NCBI GenBank assembly: GCA_018830245.1
Contig: JAHJSW010000033.1
Coordinates: 1-43,950, forward strand
DNA length: 43,950 nucleotides
Origin: Nanobdellota archaeon
GTDB lineage: Archaea; Nanobdellota; Nanobdellia; Pacearchaeales; GW2011-AR1
Direction: 5' to 3'
Shown: positions 1 through 9,559 of the stretch, in pieces
Position numbering within the stretch: the stretch's first letter is position 1
How the letters are laid out: each line of letters opens with the position of its first letter
Notes under the pieces: model-generated
The model's input: the letters and a program-made list of their open reading frames with translations, nothing else
The model's database searches: none
Told to the model about the DNA's origin: nothing
Translations under genes and position numbers: made by a program

Positions 1-250
1 GATCATATTTTGGATGAACTTTTACTGGTCGTCCCTGATCATCATTACAATAAGCTTTGTTGTTTCTAATAAATATCCTCTTTTTTCCAGGAGGATAATT
101 TACTCGACGTTCCCAGCATTGTCTTACAAAACGCCGATCATTTAACAAACCCCTTTTCAATACCCCTGGAACAGTAAAAAAATATTCTCGAGCTTTATAA
201 AAAACTTCTCTTCTCCTTGACCTTTGGTTTTTCCAGTCTAAAACACCCAT
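1..250 (-). CDS. Hypothetical protein, 5' part only (runs off window edge)
   Basis: Open frame read by hand from ATG at 250: MGVLDWKNQRSRRREVFYKAREYFF...HPKYD with no stop; GGAG upstream. Confidence 0.65.
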   Translation of the reverse strand, partial: MGVLDWKNQRSRRREVFYKAREYFFTVPGVLKRGLLNDRRFVRQCWERRVNYPPGKKRIFIRNNKAYCNDDQGRPVKVHPKYD

Positions 251-384
251 GATTCATTCTCTCCTAATAATAAACATTAAAATAATATAATATAAAAAGA
301 TTTATATTCTAAATTATCCCATCCCAACATTTAAAAAACAAACTTCCTTAACAAATTTATCAAATTAAATAAAAGGAGACAAAA

Positions 385-582
385 ATGGTAGAAGGATATT
401 GTGTTACATGCAAACAAAAAGGTGTAAAGATAAAAAACCCAGTGATCAGTAAAACCTCGAGAGGGGGATTTATAGCAAAAGGAATTTGTTCAAAGTGCAA
501 TAAAACAAAAGTTTGCGCAATGATGTCAAAAGACAACGCAGAAAAAGCTATAAAATCTGGCGATGCTAAGAAGGGGTACTAA
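385..582 (+). CDS. Small basic zinc-binding protein (DUF5679-like)
   Basis: YCVTCK...KGICSKC paired CxxC pattern; AGGAG Shine-Dalgarno (SD). Confidence 0.7.
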   Translation: MVEGYCVTCKQKGVKIKNPVISKTSRGGFIAKGICSKCNKTKVCAMMSKDNAEKAIKSGDAKKGY

Positions 583-623
583 AACTTTTTAATTTTTTAA
601 AGACTCTTCTTTATTTTTAAAAA

Positions 624-920
624 ATGTTCGTGAATATAATTAGATCTCATAGAGATATCGTGGCAATTTGTGATTCAGAATTAATTGGAAAAAGATTTGA
701 AGAAGGAAAGTTTCAATTAGATATTAAAGAAAATTTTTACAAAGGAGAAAAAATGTCTAAAGAAGAAGTTAAAAAAATCATGCAGAATTTAATTAAAGAA
801 GATGCTACATTTAATATTGTAGGTACAGAAGCAACAAACACGGCAATAGAAACAGGAATAATTTCAGAAAAAGCTGTTAAAAAAATACAAGGGATTCCTT
901 TTGCAATGAAATTATTATAA
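624..920 (+). CDS. DUF424 family protein
   Basis: VAICDSELIGKRFEEG...FYKG...NIVG...IQGIPFA, typical archaeal DUF424. Confidence 0.85.
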   Translation: MFVNIIRSHRDIVAICDSELIGKRFEEGKFQLDIKENFYKGEKMSKEEVKKIMQNLIKEDATFNIVGTEATNTAIETGIISEKAVKKIQGIPFAMKLL

Positions 921-959
921 TCCCCAACATTTTATAAATCCCATTCTCTCAAAATAATT

Positions 960-1283
960 ATGAAAAAATTTAACAAGAGTTCAGAAGAATCAGAAGAAAA
1001 GATAAGAGTTAAACTTCCACGAGGAAAAGAAGTTCTAGGAATTATTGAACAGAGATTAGGAGGGAATAAAATGATGGTAAACTGCCTTGATGGAAAATCA
1101 AGGAATTGCAGAGTTCCCGGAAGACTTAAACGAAAATTATGGCTTCGCCCAAATGATATTGTTATAATAGAACCATGGGAATTAGATGGCCAAAAAGGAG
1201 ATGTCACATTCAAGTATAAACCAAATCATGTAGCTTGGTTAAGAAAAAACGGCTTTCTGGAAAAAGAAAAAATAGAGTTTTAA
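960..1283 (+). CDS. eif1a: Translation initiation factor aIF-1A
   Basis: RLGGNKMMVNCLDGKSRNCRVPGRLKRKLWLRPNDIVIIEPW OB-fold signature. Confidence 0.95.
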   Translation: MKKFNKSSEESEEKIRVKLPRGKEVLGIIEQRLGGNKMMVNCLDGKSRNCRVPGRLKRKLWLRPNDIVIIEPWELDGQKGDVTFKYKPNHVAWLRKNGFLEKEKIEF

Positions 1284-1645
1284 CTTACAACTTCTGCTAA
1301 AGACCTAGCAATTTTTCCTTTCAATTCTGTTAAATCAAAACTTTTAATCACAAAATGATCTGCAGCTATGCTTTTCATATCTTCTTTGAAACCGCCATAA
1401 GCTGTGCAAAGAATTACTGGAAGATTATGATGTTTATCTTTAATATCATGAAGAGCATCTAATCCATTATAATCCACCATTTTTATATCTAAAACAACTA
1501 AATCAGGTTTTTCTCTAACAATTAAATCCAAGATACCTTTAGGAGAATCCCTTGTAACAACATCATAACCTTCTTCACTCAATTCTTCTGAATATAAAGA
1601 CCTAATATGCTCATAATCATCAATTACAAGTATTTTTTTAGGCAT
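1280..1645 (-). CDS. Stand-alone response regulator receiver (CheY-like) domain
   Basis: ILVIDD, PDLVVLDIKM (phospho-Asp), LCTAY, FVIKS. Confidence 0.9.
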   Translation of the reverse strand: MPKKILVIDDYEHIRSLYSEELSEEGYDVVTRDSPKGILDLIVREKPDLVVLDIKMVDYNGLDALHDIKDKHHNLPVILCTAYGGFKEDMKSIAADHFVIKSFDLTELKGKIARSLAEVVS

Positions 1646-1831
1646 AAAAAAGATTCTTTTTCAACATATTTAAAGATTCTGGTAAAAACATGAGAATATT
1701 TTAGGGATTTTGTAAATCATTTCTTCTTTTCTAATTTGAAAAAATGAGCAGTTAAGTGCTTCCTGGAGCCGATATAATTTTTTAAACCAGTTTTATCTAT
1801 GATTATTACAGGGTTTACGAGGTAAAACAAA

Positions 1832-4264
1832 ATGATACAAAAAATTAAAAATATATTGGGCAACAAAAGAAAAGGATTATCTGAGAAATCCCATTATTCT
1901 ATAAGTCAAGTGTCTAAGGATTGGTCAAATTTCATGAATAAGGATACTTATCTGACCCATGACTTAAAAGATAAATTTAACACAATGATTAATTATGGTG
2001 TGTCTGAAGTAAAGATACCTTGGTATTTATTTTTTGATTTTAGTTTGAAAAGAAAAATTAATTCAAATATTGAAAATCTAAAAAGATATGAAAGAGAGGT
2101 AAGTGAATTTAATCCGAACTTTGTTGAGAGAAAGATAAAAGAATATGATCCTTTGTTTAAACAATCACCTAATCCGTTGGATAAAAATCAAAAGACGGCA
2201 ATAGTTATTGATGATACTCATAACTTAGTTGTAGCTGGTGCAGGTTCTGGAAAAACTGAGGTATTAACAACAAGAATTGCTTATTTAATTAAAAGAAAAT
2301 CTGATTCTGTAAACCCTAAGAGAATTTTGGCGTTAGCTTTTCAGGACAAGGCATCAAAAGAGATAGTACAGAGATTAAAAGAAAGATATGATGTAAATGT
2401 AGAGGTAAAAACTTTTCATGCTTTAGGGAAAAAGATTTTAGAAGATTCTTCAAAAAATAACTCAAAAAAAATGCCAACTATTTTATTTAGTGGGGATAAC
2501 TTTGAGATTAGATTTCAAAAGTTTATAGAAAAGATTTTTCTTTCAGTATTGAAAGAGGAAGAATTTCAAGAGAAAGTCTTCAAATATTTAGAAGATTATG
2601 ATGAAGACTTTATATCTAAAGAAGAGGAAGATTTTGAAACTAAAGAGGAATATTTCAAATATAAAAAATCATTAGAGTATACTGCTCTTAATGGTATAAA
2701 AGTAAAAAGCAAGGATGAGAAAGATATTCTTAACTTCTTTATAATGAATAAATTGGATAACCAAGAAATAAAAATTTTATATGAAGAACCAGCAGAATGG
2801 ATGAGTTATTTAGATGGAGACGGGCAAAAAAAAATTCCAGAACCAGACTTCTATTTTCCAGAATATGACTTGTATTTGGAACACTGGGCAATAAATGAAA
2901 AAGGTGAAGTCCCCGAGTGGTTTGAAGGAAAGAATCCTACTGAGGAATATGCGAAAAATATGAACTTAAAGAAAAAGAAATTTAATAATAATGATAAGTA
3001 TACTTTAATTGAAACAAGTCATGAAGATTACTTAAAATTAAATTTTAAAGAAGTGTTGAAAGATCGATTCTTAAAAGCAATAAAAACTAAATCTTCTGAT
3101 AAGAAATTAGTATTTGTACCTTTGTCTTATAAGGAACTTGTTAGTAAAGTTTGGGATGAATGCAAAATATCTGTAAAAGCACTTCCTAAAAGAATATCTG
3201 AATTTATTGTTATTGCTAAAACCTATAACCTAACTCCAAAAGAAGTAAGGTTAAGATTAACTAATGAGAAATGGTCTCCCAAGCAAAGATCTTTTGCTGA
3301 TATTGCTTTAGGAGTATATGAACTGTATGAAAAAGAATTAAAAAAAGAAAATAAAATAGATTTTGGTGATATGATTAATCTTGCTATAAAAGAATTGAAG
3401 ACAAATAAAGACTTATACAAGGATGTTTATGATCATATCTTAATTGATGAGTATCAAGACTTAAGTCATCAGAGATATAGGCTTATACAGGTTTTAATGG
3501 AAAAGAATAAAGATTGTAAATTGTTTTGTGTTGGGGATGACTGGCAGGGAATAATGGGTTTTTCAGGTGCTAACTTAGATTTCTTTGTTAATTTCCATAA
3601 ATATTTTCAATATCCTGCAAGAACTGATCTTACGGTTAACTACAGAAGCATAAAGTCTGTAGTTGATACTGGGGCAGAGCTTATAAAAAATAATAAAAAT
3701 TCTCAATTAATTAAGAAGACTGAAGCAAAGGATACAAGGATAGAGCCAATAGAAATTTATGCCTCTAATATTAAGAAAGAAGATTATGCTTATTATTATA
3801 AAGAAATAGCAGAGCATTGTATCAATAAGATTAAAGAATTTCATGATAAAGGATACAATTGGAATGATATAATGATTCTATGCAGAATAAAGAATCCTGC
3901 TTTGATTAATTTTATTGAAGATTTCGCTCATAAAGAAAGCATACCTATTGATAGAGAGCTTATGAGAAAAGACTCTATTCCATTAATATCTGTTCATGCA
4001 AGTAAAGGTCTCCAAGCAAAGATTGTTTTTGTTTTGAATGTAAACAAAGATCTATATGGTTTTCCATGTGAGCTTGAAAATCCAGATATTTTTGAATCAG
4101 TTAGACTAGGAGAGAAGAAAGATAGAGAAGAGGAAGAAAGAAGATTATTTTATGTTGCTATCACAAGAGCAAAAGAGAAAGTTATAATATACACTCAAAA
4201 ATGTTCCAGTAGCAAGTTCCTTAATGAGATTAAAGGACATACTAAATGGATTAATCTCCATTGA
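1832..4264 (+). CDS. UvrD/Rep superfamily 1 helicase (helicase IV-like) with inserted nuclease-like domain
   Basis: AGAGSGKT Walker A, IDEYQD, VGDDWQ, NYRS, VHASKGLQ, EEERRLFYVAITRAK; insert PDFYFPEYDLYLEHW. Confidence 0.9.
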   Translation: MIQKIKNILGNKRKGLSEKSHYSISQVSKDWSNFMNKDTYLTHDLKDKFNTMINYGVSEVKIPWYLFFDFSLKRKINSNIENLKRYEREVSEFNPNFVERKIKEYDPLFKQSPNPLDKNQKTAIVIDDTHNLVVAGAGSGKTEVLTTRIAYLIKRKSDSVNPKRILALAFQDKASKEIVQRLKERYDVNVEVKTFHALGKKILEDSSKNNSKKMPTILFSGDNFEIRFQKFIEKIFLSVLKEEEFQEKVFKYLEDYDEDFISKEEEDFETKEEYFKYKKSLEYTALNGIKVKSKDEKDILNFFIMNKLDNQEIKILYEEPAEWMSYLDGDGQKKIPEPDFYFPEYDLYLEHWAINEKGEVPEWFEGKNPTEEYAKNMNLKKKKFNNNDKYTLIETSHEDYLKLNFKEVLKDRFLKAIKTKSSDKKLVFVPLSYKELVSKVWDECKISVKALPKRISEFIVIAKTYNLTPKEVRLRLTNEKWSPKQRSFADIALGVYELYEKELKKENKIDFGDMINLAIKELKTNKDLYKDVYDHILIDEYQDLSHQRYRLIQVLMEKNKDCKLFCVGDDWQGIMGFSGANLDFFVNFHKYFQYPARTDLTVNYRSIKSVVDTGAELIKNNKNSQLIKKTEAKDTRIEPIEIYASNIKKEDYAYYYKEIAEHCINKIKEFHDKGYNWNDIMILCRIKNPALINFIEDFAHKESIPIDRELMRKDSIPLISVHASKGLQAKIVFVLNVNKDLYGFPCELENPDIFESVRLGEKKDREEEERRLFYVAITRAKEKVIIYTQKCSSSKFLNEIKGHTKWINLH

Positions 4265-4446
4265 TATAGTTAAACATTCTCTAATTCTCTTTTTTTATCT
4301 TCCCTTCATTATCCATAAAATTTTATAATATCGGAAGTATATCAAAATTGTTATGAAAAGTAATAAATATCATCATGTTTTAAACAAAAATATTTAAAGA
4401 TTTATGTAATCAAAAATCTTATAATCTACTTCATCTTTACAAAAAC

Positions 4447-4944
4447 ATGAAAACAATTATCTCAGAAAAAATTGCAAGAATAATAAAAAACAAGAAAAAA
4501 TTGCAAGAAAAATTAAAAGTTAAAATTACCAATAGAGGAAAAGAAGTTTTTATAACAGGAAAACCAGAAAATGAATATATTGCTGAAAAAGTAATTGATG
4601 CCCTCAATTTTGGATTCCCTTATTCTTCAGCCATGTTAATAAAATCAGATGAATTTGAATTTGAGATACTTAATATTAAAGATTATACAAAAAGAAAAGA
4701 TCTTCACAGAGTTAGGGCAAGAATTATTGGAAAAGGAGGGAGGACACTAAAAACACTAACACAATTGACAAAGTGCTATCTTGAAATAAAAGATAATTAT
4801 ATAGGAATTATTGGTTCTCCAGAGCAAATAAAAAATGCCCAAAATGCAATCATTGCTATTATCCAAGGAGCAAAACAATCTAATGTATACAAATCACTAG
4901 AAAAAACCCAGATAAAACCTCTTTCTGATTTAGGATTGAAATAA
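4447..4944 (+). CDS. KH-domain rRNA-processing protein (Dim2/Pno1/Krr1 family)
   Basis: RVRARIIGKGGRT KH GxxG loop; ALNFGF; GAKQSNVYK. Confidence 0.85.
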   Translation: MKTIISEKIARIIKNKKKLQEKLKVKITNRGKEVFITGKPENEYIAEKVIDALNFGFPYSSAMLIKSDEFEFEILNIKDYTKRKDLHRVRARIIGKGGRTLKTLTQLTKCYLEIKDNYIGIIGSPEQIKNAQNAIIAIIQGAKQSNVYKSLEKTQIKPLSDLGLK

Positions 4945-4954
4945 TTTATTTTAT

Positions 4955-5160
4955 TTAATTAAAATTAGTATCATCATTTGTTGGGTCAGCTTCTCTAACC
5001 ATATCGCAAAGTATCTCAACAGGCTCGATCGGGGGGGTTCCGTGCATTTGATAAAAATCAAAAGTATATTCAGATTCTAAGGGATAGAGTACACACCTCT
5101 TTTTTCCCTCTTTCTATTATCTCCATTAACATTTTCATCTACACTTTTTTCTTCTCCCAT
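4955..5160 (-). pseudogene. Small hypothetical gene apparently frameshifted at an A6 run
   Basis: ATG at 5160 with TTTATATA box upstream; MGEEKSVDENVNGDNRKREK continues as KRCVLYPLESEY...DTNFN* only after a -1 shift. Confidence 0.4.
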
Positions 5161-5256
5161 AATCATCAAAATTTCTTTATCTATATAAATTTATCTAGTA
5201 ATCTCTAAATCTAATAATAATAACCTTTAAATATAAAAAATATCTCGAGTCATTAT

Positions 5257-5329
5257 GTTCCCGTAGCTCAGTAGGTAGAGCGCATGGCTGTTAACCATGG
5301 TGTCGGAGGTTCGAGTCCTCCCGGGAACG
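5257..5329 (+). tRNA. tRNA-Asn(GTT), intronless, CCA not encoded
   Basis: Acceptor GTTCCCG/CGGGAAC, anticodon arm CATGG-CTGTTAA-CCATG, T-loop TTCGAGT. Confidence 0.97.
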
Positions 5330-5380
5330 TTTTTAATTAATCACAATAATTCTTAAAAAGCATCTCTGAGATTATTATAT

Positions 5381-5836
5381 ATGCCAAAAGAATTATCAGA
5401 CCATCTCCCATCTCGCTTTGATCTAGATGACCTTAGACTTCCTGGATTTTTTTCAGAAATTGCAGTTTACCTCTCGTTATACACTAGCGGGGAAACACAG
5501 GGATTGGGGGAAGAGGAATATGACGTAATTAACTTCGCAGCAGAGATTTTAGGAGAAACCTCCAGAGATTTAAGAAGAAATAGCATAACAAAAGATGGCG
5601 AAATCTTTTTTTGGAAATTTTATGGTCAAACAAAAGAAGAAGGGGAAAACCCAGAGAAGGCTAAAAGACTATATGCAGATAGATTAAACTCAATAAGTGA
5701 ACAACTTTTTATGGTTCATCATTTGCCCTCAGAAGATATTGAAAAGTTAATCTCTACTTGTACTGCTCTTTCCCAAGCAACATTACAATGGTGGAACTCA
5801 CGCCATCCAACAGGCTTCAAGAGATATGCTGCCTAA
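5381..5836 (+). CDS. Hypothetical protein
   Basis: 151-aa ORF, TTAAAA box 28 nt upstream; no family recognised. Confidence 0.7.
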   Translation: MPKELSDHLPSRFDLDDLRLPGFFSEIAVYLSLYTSGETQGLGEEEYDVINFAAEILGETSRDLRRNSITKDGEIFFWKFYGQTKEEGENPEKAKRLYADRLNSISEQLFMVHHLPSEDIEKLISTCTALSQATLQWWNSRHPTGFKRYAA

Positions 5837-5852
5837 TCCGAAAGAATATTTA

Positions 5853-6110
5853 TCAATCTTTTTTTCTCTCCAACTCAGAATAAACTATTTTAAGCTCATC
5901 TAAAGTTAACACTTCTCCTCCTAACTCTTCTAAAGAGTAATTAACAATTGCTAAACAAGGTCTGAGACCTTTTTGAAACATTTTATGTTCAAAATAAATT
6001 TCTCCTGCCCAAGAATTCATATATCCTAAAAGATTCGCAACTCTTTCTAATCCTTGTTGCCCAGAGTTTTGAACTAAATCAAATTTTCTTTTTATCTCTT
6101 CAGAGATCAT
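5853..6110 (-). CDS. Hypothetical protein
   Basis: 85-aa ORF filling the gap, TTTATAAA box upstream. Confidence 0.6.
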   Translation of the reverse strand: MISEEIKRKFDLVQNSGQQGLERVANLLGYMNSWAGEIYFEHKMFQKGLRPCLAIVNYSLEELGGEVLTLDELKIVYSELERKKD

Positions 6111-6178
6111 AAAAATTCCACTTAAACTCCTTTTATAAATTTAATTAATTTTTTAAAGAACCTTTTCCTAGATTTATT

Positions 6179-6733
6179 ATGAATTTAGACAACGCAATAC
6201 AAAAAAGACAAAGTATTCGTAAATTTTCATCAAAAAAACCTGACTGGAGAGATATTATCGAGTGTATAGATACAGCAAGGTATGCTCCAATGGCAGGGAA
6301 TATTTTTACTCTAAAATTTATTGTAGTAGAAAACAAAGAAAAAATACAAAAACTTGCAGATGCAGCACAACAACCATTTATTGCAAAAGCACAATATGTT
6401 GTCGTAGTTTGCACAGATTCTTCAAGAACAGTAAATGCTTATGAAGAAAGAGGAGAAAAATTTTGCAGACAACAAGCAGGAGCTGCAATAGAAAACTTTT
6501 TACTGAAAATAGAGGAAAAAGGTCTTGCTACTTGCTGGATAGGGTATTTTGTAGACAGAATGATTAAAGAAGCATTAAGTATTCCAGAAAACCTTGAAGT
6601 TGAAGCTTTTTTCCCAATTGGATATGAACAAGGAAAAACACAGAAAAAAAGAAAGATTCTATTAGATAATATTCTGTATTTCCACAAATATGGGAATAAA
6701 AGAATGAAACCTCTTAAAACATTAGATGTTTAA
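6179..6733 (+). CDS. Nitroreductase family protein
   Basis: RQSIRKF, APMAGN, GLATCWIG, PIGY. Confidence 0.9.
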   Translation: MNLDNAIQKRQSIRKFSSKKPDWRDIIECIDTARYAPMAGNIFTLKFIVVENKEKIQKLADAAQQPFIAKAQYVVVVCTDSSRTVNAYEERGEKFCRQQAGAAIENFLLKIEEKGLATCWIGYFVDRMIKEALSIPENLEVEAFFPIGYEQGKTQKKRKILLDNILYFHKYGNKRMKPLKTLDV

Positions 6734-6990
6734 AAATTCTTAGATTTCCAATTAGAATACCATTCACGAAATCTATTAGAAGAATCCTCATTTCTCCAAT
6801 CATCTTTTCTTAATCTTTCCAAAACAAAATTTAAAAGAGAATGCCCCTCTAATTCTTCCAGAGAACTAATTAAACGAACTCTCACTTCATCAGCACCAGA
6901 TAAATTTCCCTGTTCATAATTAAAAGGTAACTGAAAAAGAGAATTCCCTACGTAATGAGTTATCCAGGACTTTGCTTTGCAATCATCCAT
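6730..6990 (-). CDS. Hypothetical protein
   Basis: 86-aa ORF, TTTAATAA box upstream. Confidence 0.55.
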   Translation of the reverse strand: MDDCKAKSWITHYVGNSLFQLPFNYEQGNLSGADEVRVRLISSLEELEGHSLLNFVLERLRKDDWRNEDSSNRFREWYSNWKSKNF

Positions 6991-7044
6991 TAATCAAAAG
7001 GCTAAAGAAAGTTATTAAATATTTATATCTTTTAATATAGCAAT

Positions 7045-7082
7045 AAAAAAGAAAAAAACCCTCGAGAATTAATCCTCAAGGG
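7045..7082 (-). terminator. Hairpin plus U-tract terminator after ftsZ
   Basis: CCCTTGAGGA-TTAA-TTCTCGAGGG followed by TTTTTTTCTTTTTT, about 10 nt after the ftsZ stop. Confidence 0.75.
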
Positions 7083-7092
7083 CATTAAAAAA

Positions 7093-8172
7093 TTATCTCC
7101 AAACTTCTATCCCTAAATCTGAAATTTCTCTAGACACTGGAAGAGCACGTTCATCCCTTGGTTTGCCTAAAACATACGGAGATTTAACCCCAGTCATAAT
7201 AGTTATCACTCGCACCTTTCCAGCAAATTCCTTGCTGATTCTAGCACCAATAATAACTTGTGCTTCTGGACTCAAATTCTCTGAGACAGTTCTTCCAACC
7301 AAATCAAACTCTTCTAGCTTTAAATCAGGACCACAGGTAACATGTATCAAAGCTCCAGTAGCTCCCTTATAATCCACGTCAAGTAGAGGATGTGTAAGAG
7401 CCTGCTTAACAGCTTCTGCAACACGATCTTGTGTATCTGATTCTCCAATACCAATCACTGCAACATCACCACCTTTCATAATTGCCGAAACATCTGCATA
7501 ATCTAAGTTAATCAAACTTGGAAGAGTAATTGTTTCAACAATTCCTTTAATCATAGTACTAACTAGTTCATTAGCAACAGCAAAAGCTTGCTCAAGGGGT
7601 AATTGCCCAGCAATGTCTACAAGCCGATTATTGTCAAGGACAATACAAGTATCAGAAACTTCTCGTAGTTCTTGTAAACCAAATTCAGCTTTATCAATCC
7701 TAGCTTTCTCAGAATCAAAAGGCATAGTTACAACACCAATAACAACCGCACCAGTCTCTTTAGCAAGTTGAGCAACTACAGGAGCTCCTCCTGTACCAGT
7801 TCCACCACCCATTCCAGCAATTACAAAAACCATGTCTGCTCCAGACACAACCTTTTTTAAATCAACCAAAGCCTCTTTAGCAGCTTCTCTACCTACCTGA
7901 GGTCTTCCCCCTGCTCCTAGTCCTCTAGTTAATTCCTTACCAATAAGCGTTTTCTCATCAGCCTTTGTAACACTTAGATGGAGCGCATCAGTATTTGCAG
8001 CATAAATTGTGGCGCCATTAATTCCTTTGTTAAAAAGCCAGGTTACAGCATTTCCACCACACCCACCAACACCAACAACTTTGATGTTGGCTTTTCCAGC
8101 TCTTAATTCATCAAAATTAATGCTATGTTTTTCAGTATTCTGTATAGCCTCTTTTGCAAAATCTAACACCAT
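7093..8172 (-). CDS. ftsZ: Cell division protein FtsZ
   Basis: [18 protein letters not shown] tubulin signature, NLDYAD T7 loop; GGAGG SD. Confidence 0.97.
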   Translation of the reverse strand: MVLDFAKEAIQNTEKHSINFDELRAGKANIKVVGVGGCGGNAVTWLFNKGINGATIYAANTDALHLSVTKADEKTLIGKELTRGLGAGGRPQVGREAAKEALVDLKKVVSGADMVFVIAGMGGGTGTGGAPVVAQLAKETGAVVIGVVTMPFDSEKARIDKAEFGLQELREVSDTCIVLDNNRLVDIAGQLPLEQAFAVANELVSTMIKGIVETITLPSLINLDYADVSAIMKGGDVAVIGIGESDTQDRVAEAVKQALTHPLLDVDYKGATGALIHVTCGPDLKLEEFDLVGRTVSENLSPEAQVIIGARISKEFAGKVRVITIMTGVKSPYVLGKPRDERALPVSREISDLGIEVWR

Positions 8173-8175
8173 ATT

Positions 8176-8390
8176 TTTTTATTATCCTCCTTTCAATTGT
8201 ATCATCATCTGTGATACAGATGATTGGAAATTTTACATTTCCTTTCAATTTTATTTGGAAGCCCCTAAAATCGCGAAACATTTAAATAGCTCGCATACTT
8301 CCAACTATTGTTATAGAAACAAAAAGAGGCATCACCCCTTTTATACAAATCATTAATTCAGAGCACCACCAATGAATTAATTAATATTAT
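8176..8390 (-). promoter_or_regulatory. Long, multi-hairpin putative 5' leader of ftsZ
   Basis: Five inverted repeats (8352-8381, 8322-8342, 8255-8304, 8226-8242, 8204-8224); TATA-like element near 8411-8420. Confidence 0.5.
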
Positions 8391-8496
8391 GAAAATAATA
8401 ATTTCTTTTTCTTTAAATAAATTTCTATGGTTAAATAATAGGTTAGTTCATACTAAAATTTAGATAAAACTCGTAAAAGAGCTAAGAAAAAAAGAA

Positions 8497-9066
8497 TTAA
8501 TTAAATAATTTCTCTAGCTTTTCAACTTTATTCCAACTTTTTTTCAATTTAGAATTGCTTTCCCTAACAATTATTTTTAAAAAAGAATCATCAACCAAAA
8601 TTTTTCCTTTTTCAATAATTGGGAATTCCAACCTCTCTGTGCTATTTAATTCAACAATAAATCTTTTTTCAGAGGAAATTATTCCTGATTTTTTCCATCC
8701 TGCTAATTTTGCAAGAGCATATAATTTTTGAGCAGATTCTAGGTTTTTGCAAGCAACATGGAGTATACAAGGTTCTTGCTTAAATTTGAGAAATCTTTTA
8801 TTTTTCTTTGAAATTTGAATCAAGTCTTCCTTTAATTGGTTATAAGAGATTAAATCATGATAAATCTTTAAAAACAATCCCTCTTCTTTTTTATCCTGAT
8901 TTATCATTAAAACAACTCTCCCAGAACAAGAAGAAGTTGTATAATAATCTTCAGAAGAATTTATTTTTTTACACAACAGAGTAATCTTTTTGTCCCATGA
9001 TTTTTTAGATGATTTATCTAATTTAGATAGAATAGACTGTTTTCTTTGGGAAAAATCATTTTTCAT
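8497..9066 (-). CDS. taw3: tRNA wybutosine/wyosine methyltransferase Taw3/TYW3
   Basis: D...YYTTSSCSGR, EPCILHV, GWKKSG, STERLEFP. Confidence 0.9.
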   Translation of the reverse strand: MKNDFSQRKQSILSKLDKSSKKSWDKKITLLCKKINSSEDYYTTSSCSGRVVLMINQDKKEEGLFLKIYHDLISYNQLKEDLIQISKKNKRFLKFKQEPCILHVACKNLESAQKLYALAKLAGWKKSGIISSEKRFIVELNSTERLEFPIIEKGKILVDDSFLKIIVRESNSKLKKSWNKVEKLEKLFN

Positions 9067-9559
9067 TTTCTATTTGCAAATCTTTATAAGAAACATATCT
9101 TAAATCTAAACTTTTCTCTAGTTCTTTTGGCAAACTTTCACTTATAAGTTCTTTTATAATATAAACAGGCTTTGGATTAAACCATTTACTATAAGCAATT
9201 TCAGCCAATACTCCCACAGCATAACCTACACACAATAAAACATCTGTTTCTTCATTTAATTTTTCAGGTTGATTTCTCCAGGTTCCACAGTTTATAATCT
9301 CTCCAAGTTCAGTATTCACCCATTCATTATATCCAAACTCAGTATCTTCTTCAGGAATAATCTCAAGGATTTTTTTCCCTTTATTTTTTAAATAAATTTG
9401 AGCAAGGTATTCAGAAACACTTCCTTTATCAGGAGTAATAACAATTTTATTTTTTTCTCTTGCAAGTTTCTTTGCTAAGAAAGACAAAACTTCTTTAGCA
9501 GAGGGATTAACTTCTTCAAGAAATTTCAATTTACTCGGGCCAATTATTCCTATTTTCAT
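9056..9559 (-). CDS. SLOG (LOG/DprA-like Rossmann) family protein
   Basis: MKIGIIGPS, GSVSE, RN, GVLAEIAY; start at 9559 overlaps the upstream stop (TAATG). Confidence 0.6.
   Translation of the reverse strand: MKIGIIGPSKLKFLEEVNPSAKEVLSFLAKKLAREKNKIVITPDKGSVSEYLAQIYLKNKGKKILEIIPEEDTEFGYNEWVNTELGEIINCGTWRNQPEKLNEETDVLLCVGYAVGVLAEIAYSKWFNPKPVYIIKELISESLPKELEKSLDLRYVSYKDLQIENEK

Noticed and set aside
1770..4334. CCGATAT / ATATCGG inverted 7-mers flanking the helicase as possible mobile-element ends
   Set aside because: Too short; no transposase, integrase or target-site duplication
5257..6110. tRNA-Asn as integration site for the adjacent hypothetical genes
   Set aside because: No duplicated tRNA 3' end (att site) or integrase seen in the window
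8188..8262. Two AATTGAAAG copies resembling the 3' end of archaeal CRISPR repeats
   Set aside because: Only 11 nt shared, two copies, no full-length repeat and no cas genes; the second copy is part of the ftsZ SD
8009..8356. 115-aa plus-strand ORF across the ftsZ start
   Set aside because: Antisense to ftsZ with no recognisable motifs; the region is better explained as the ftsZ leader
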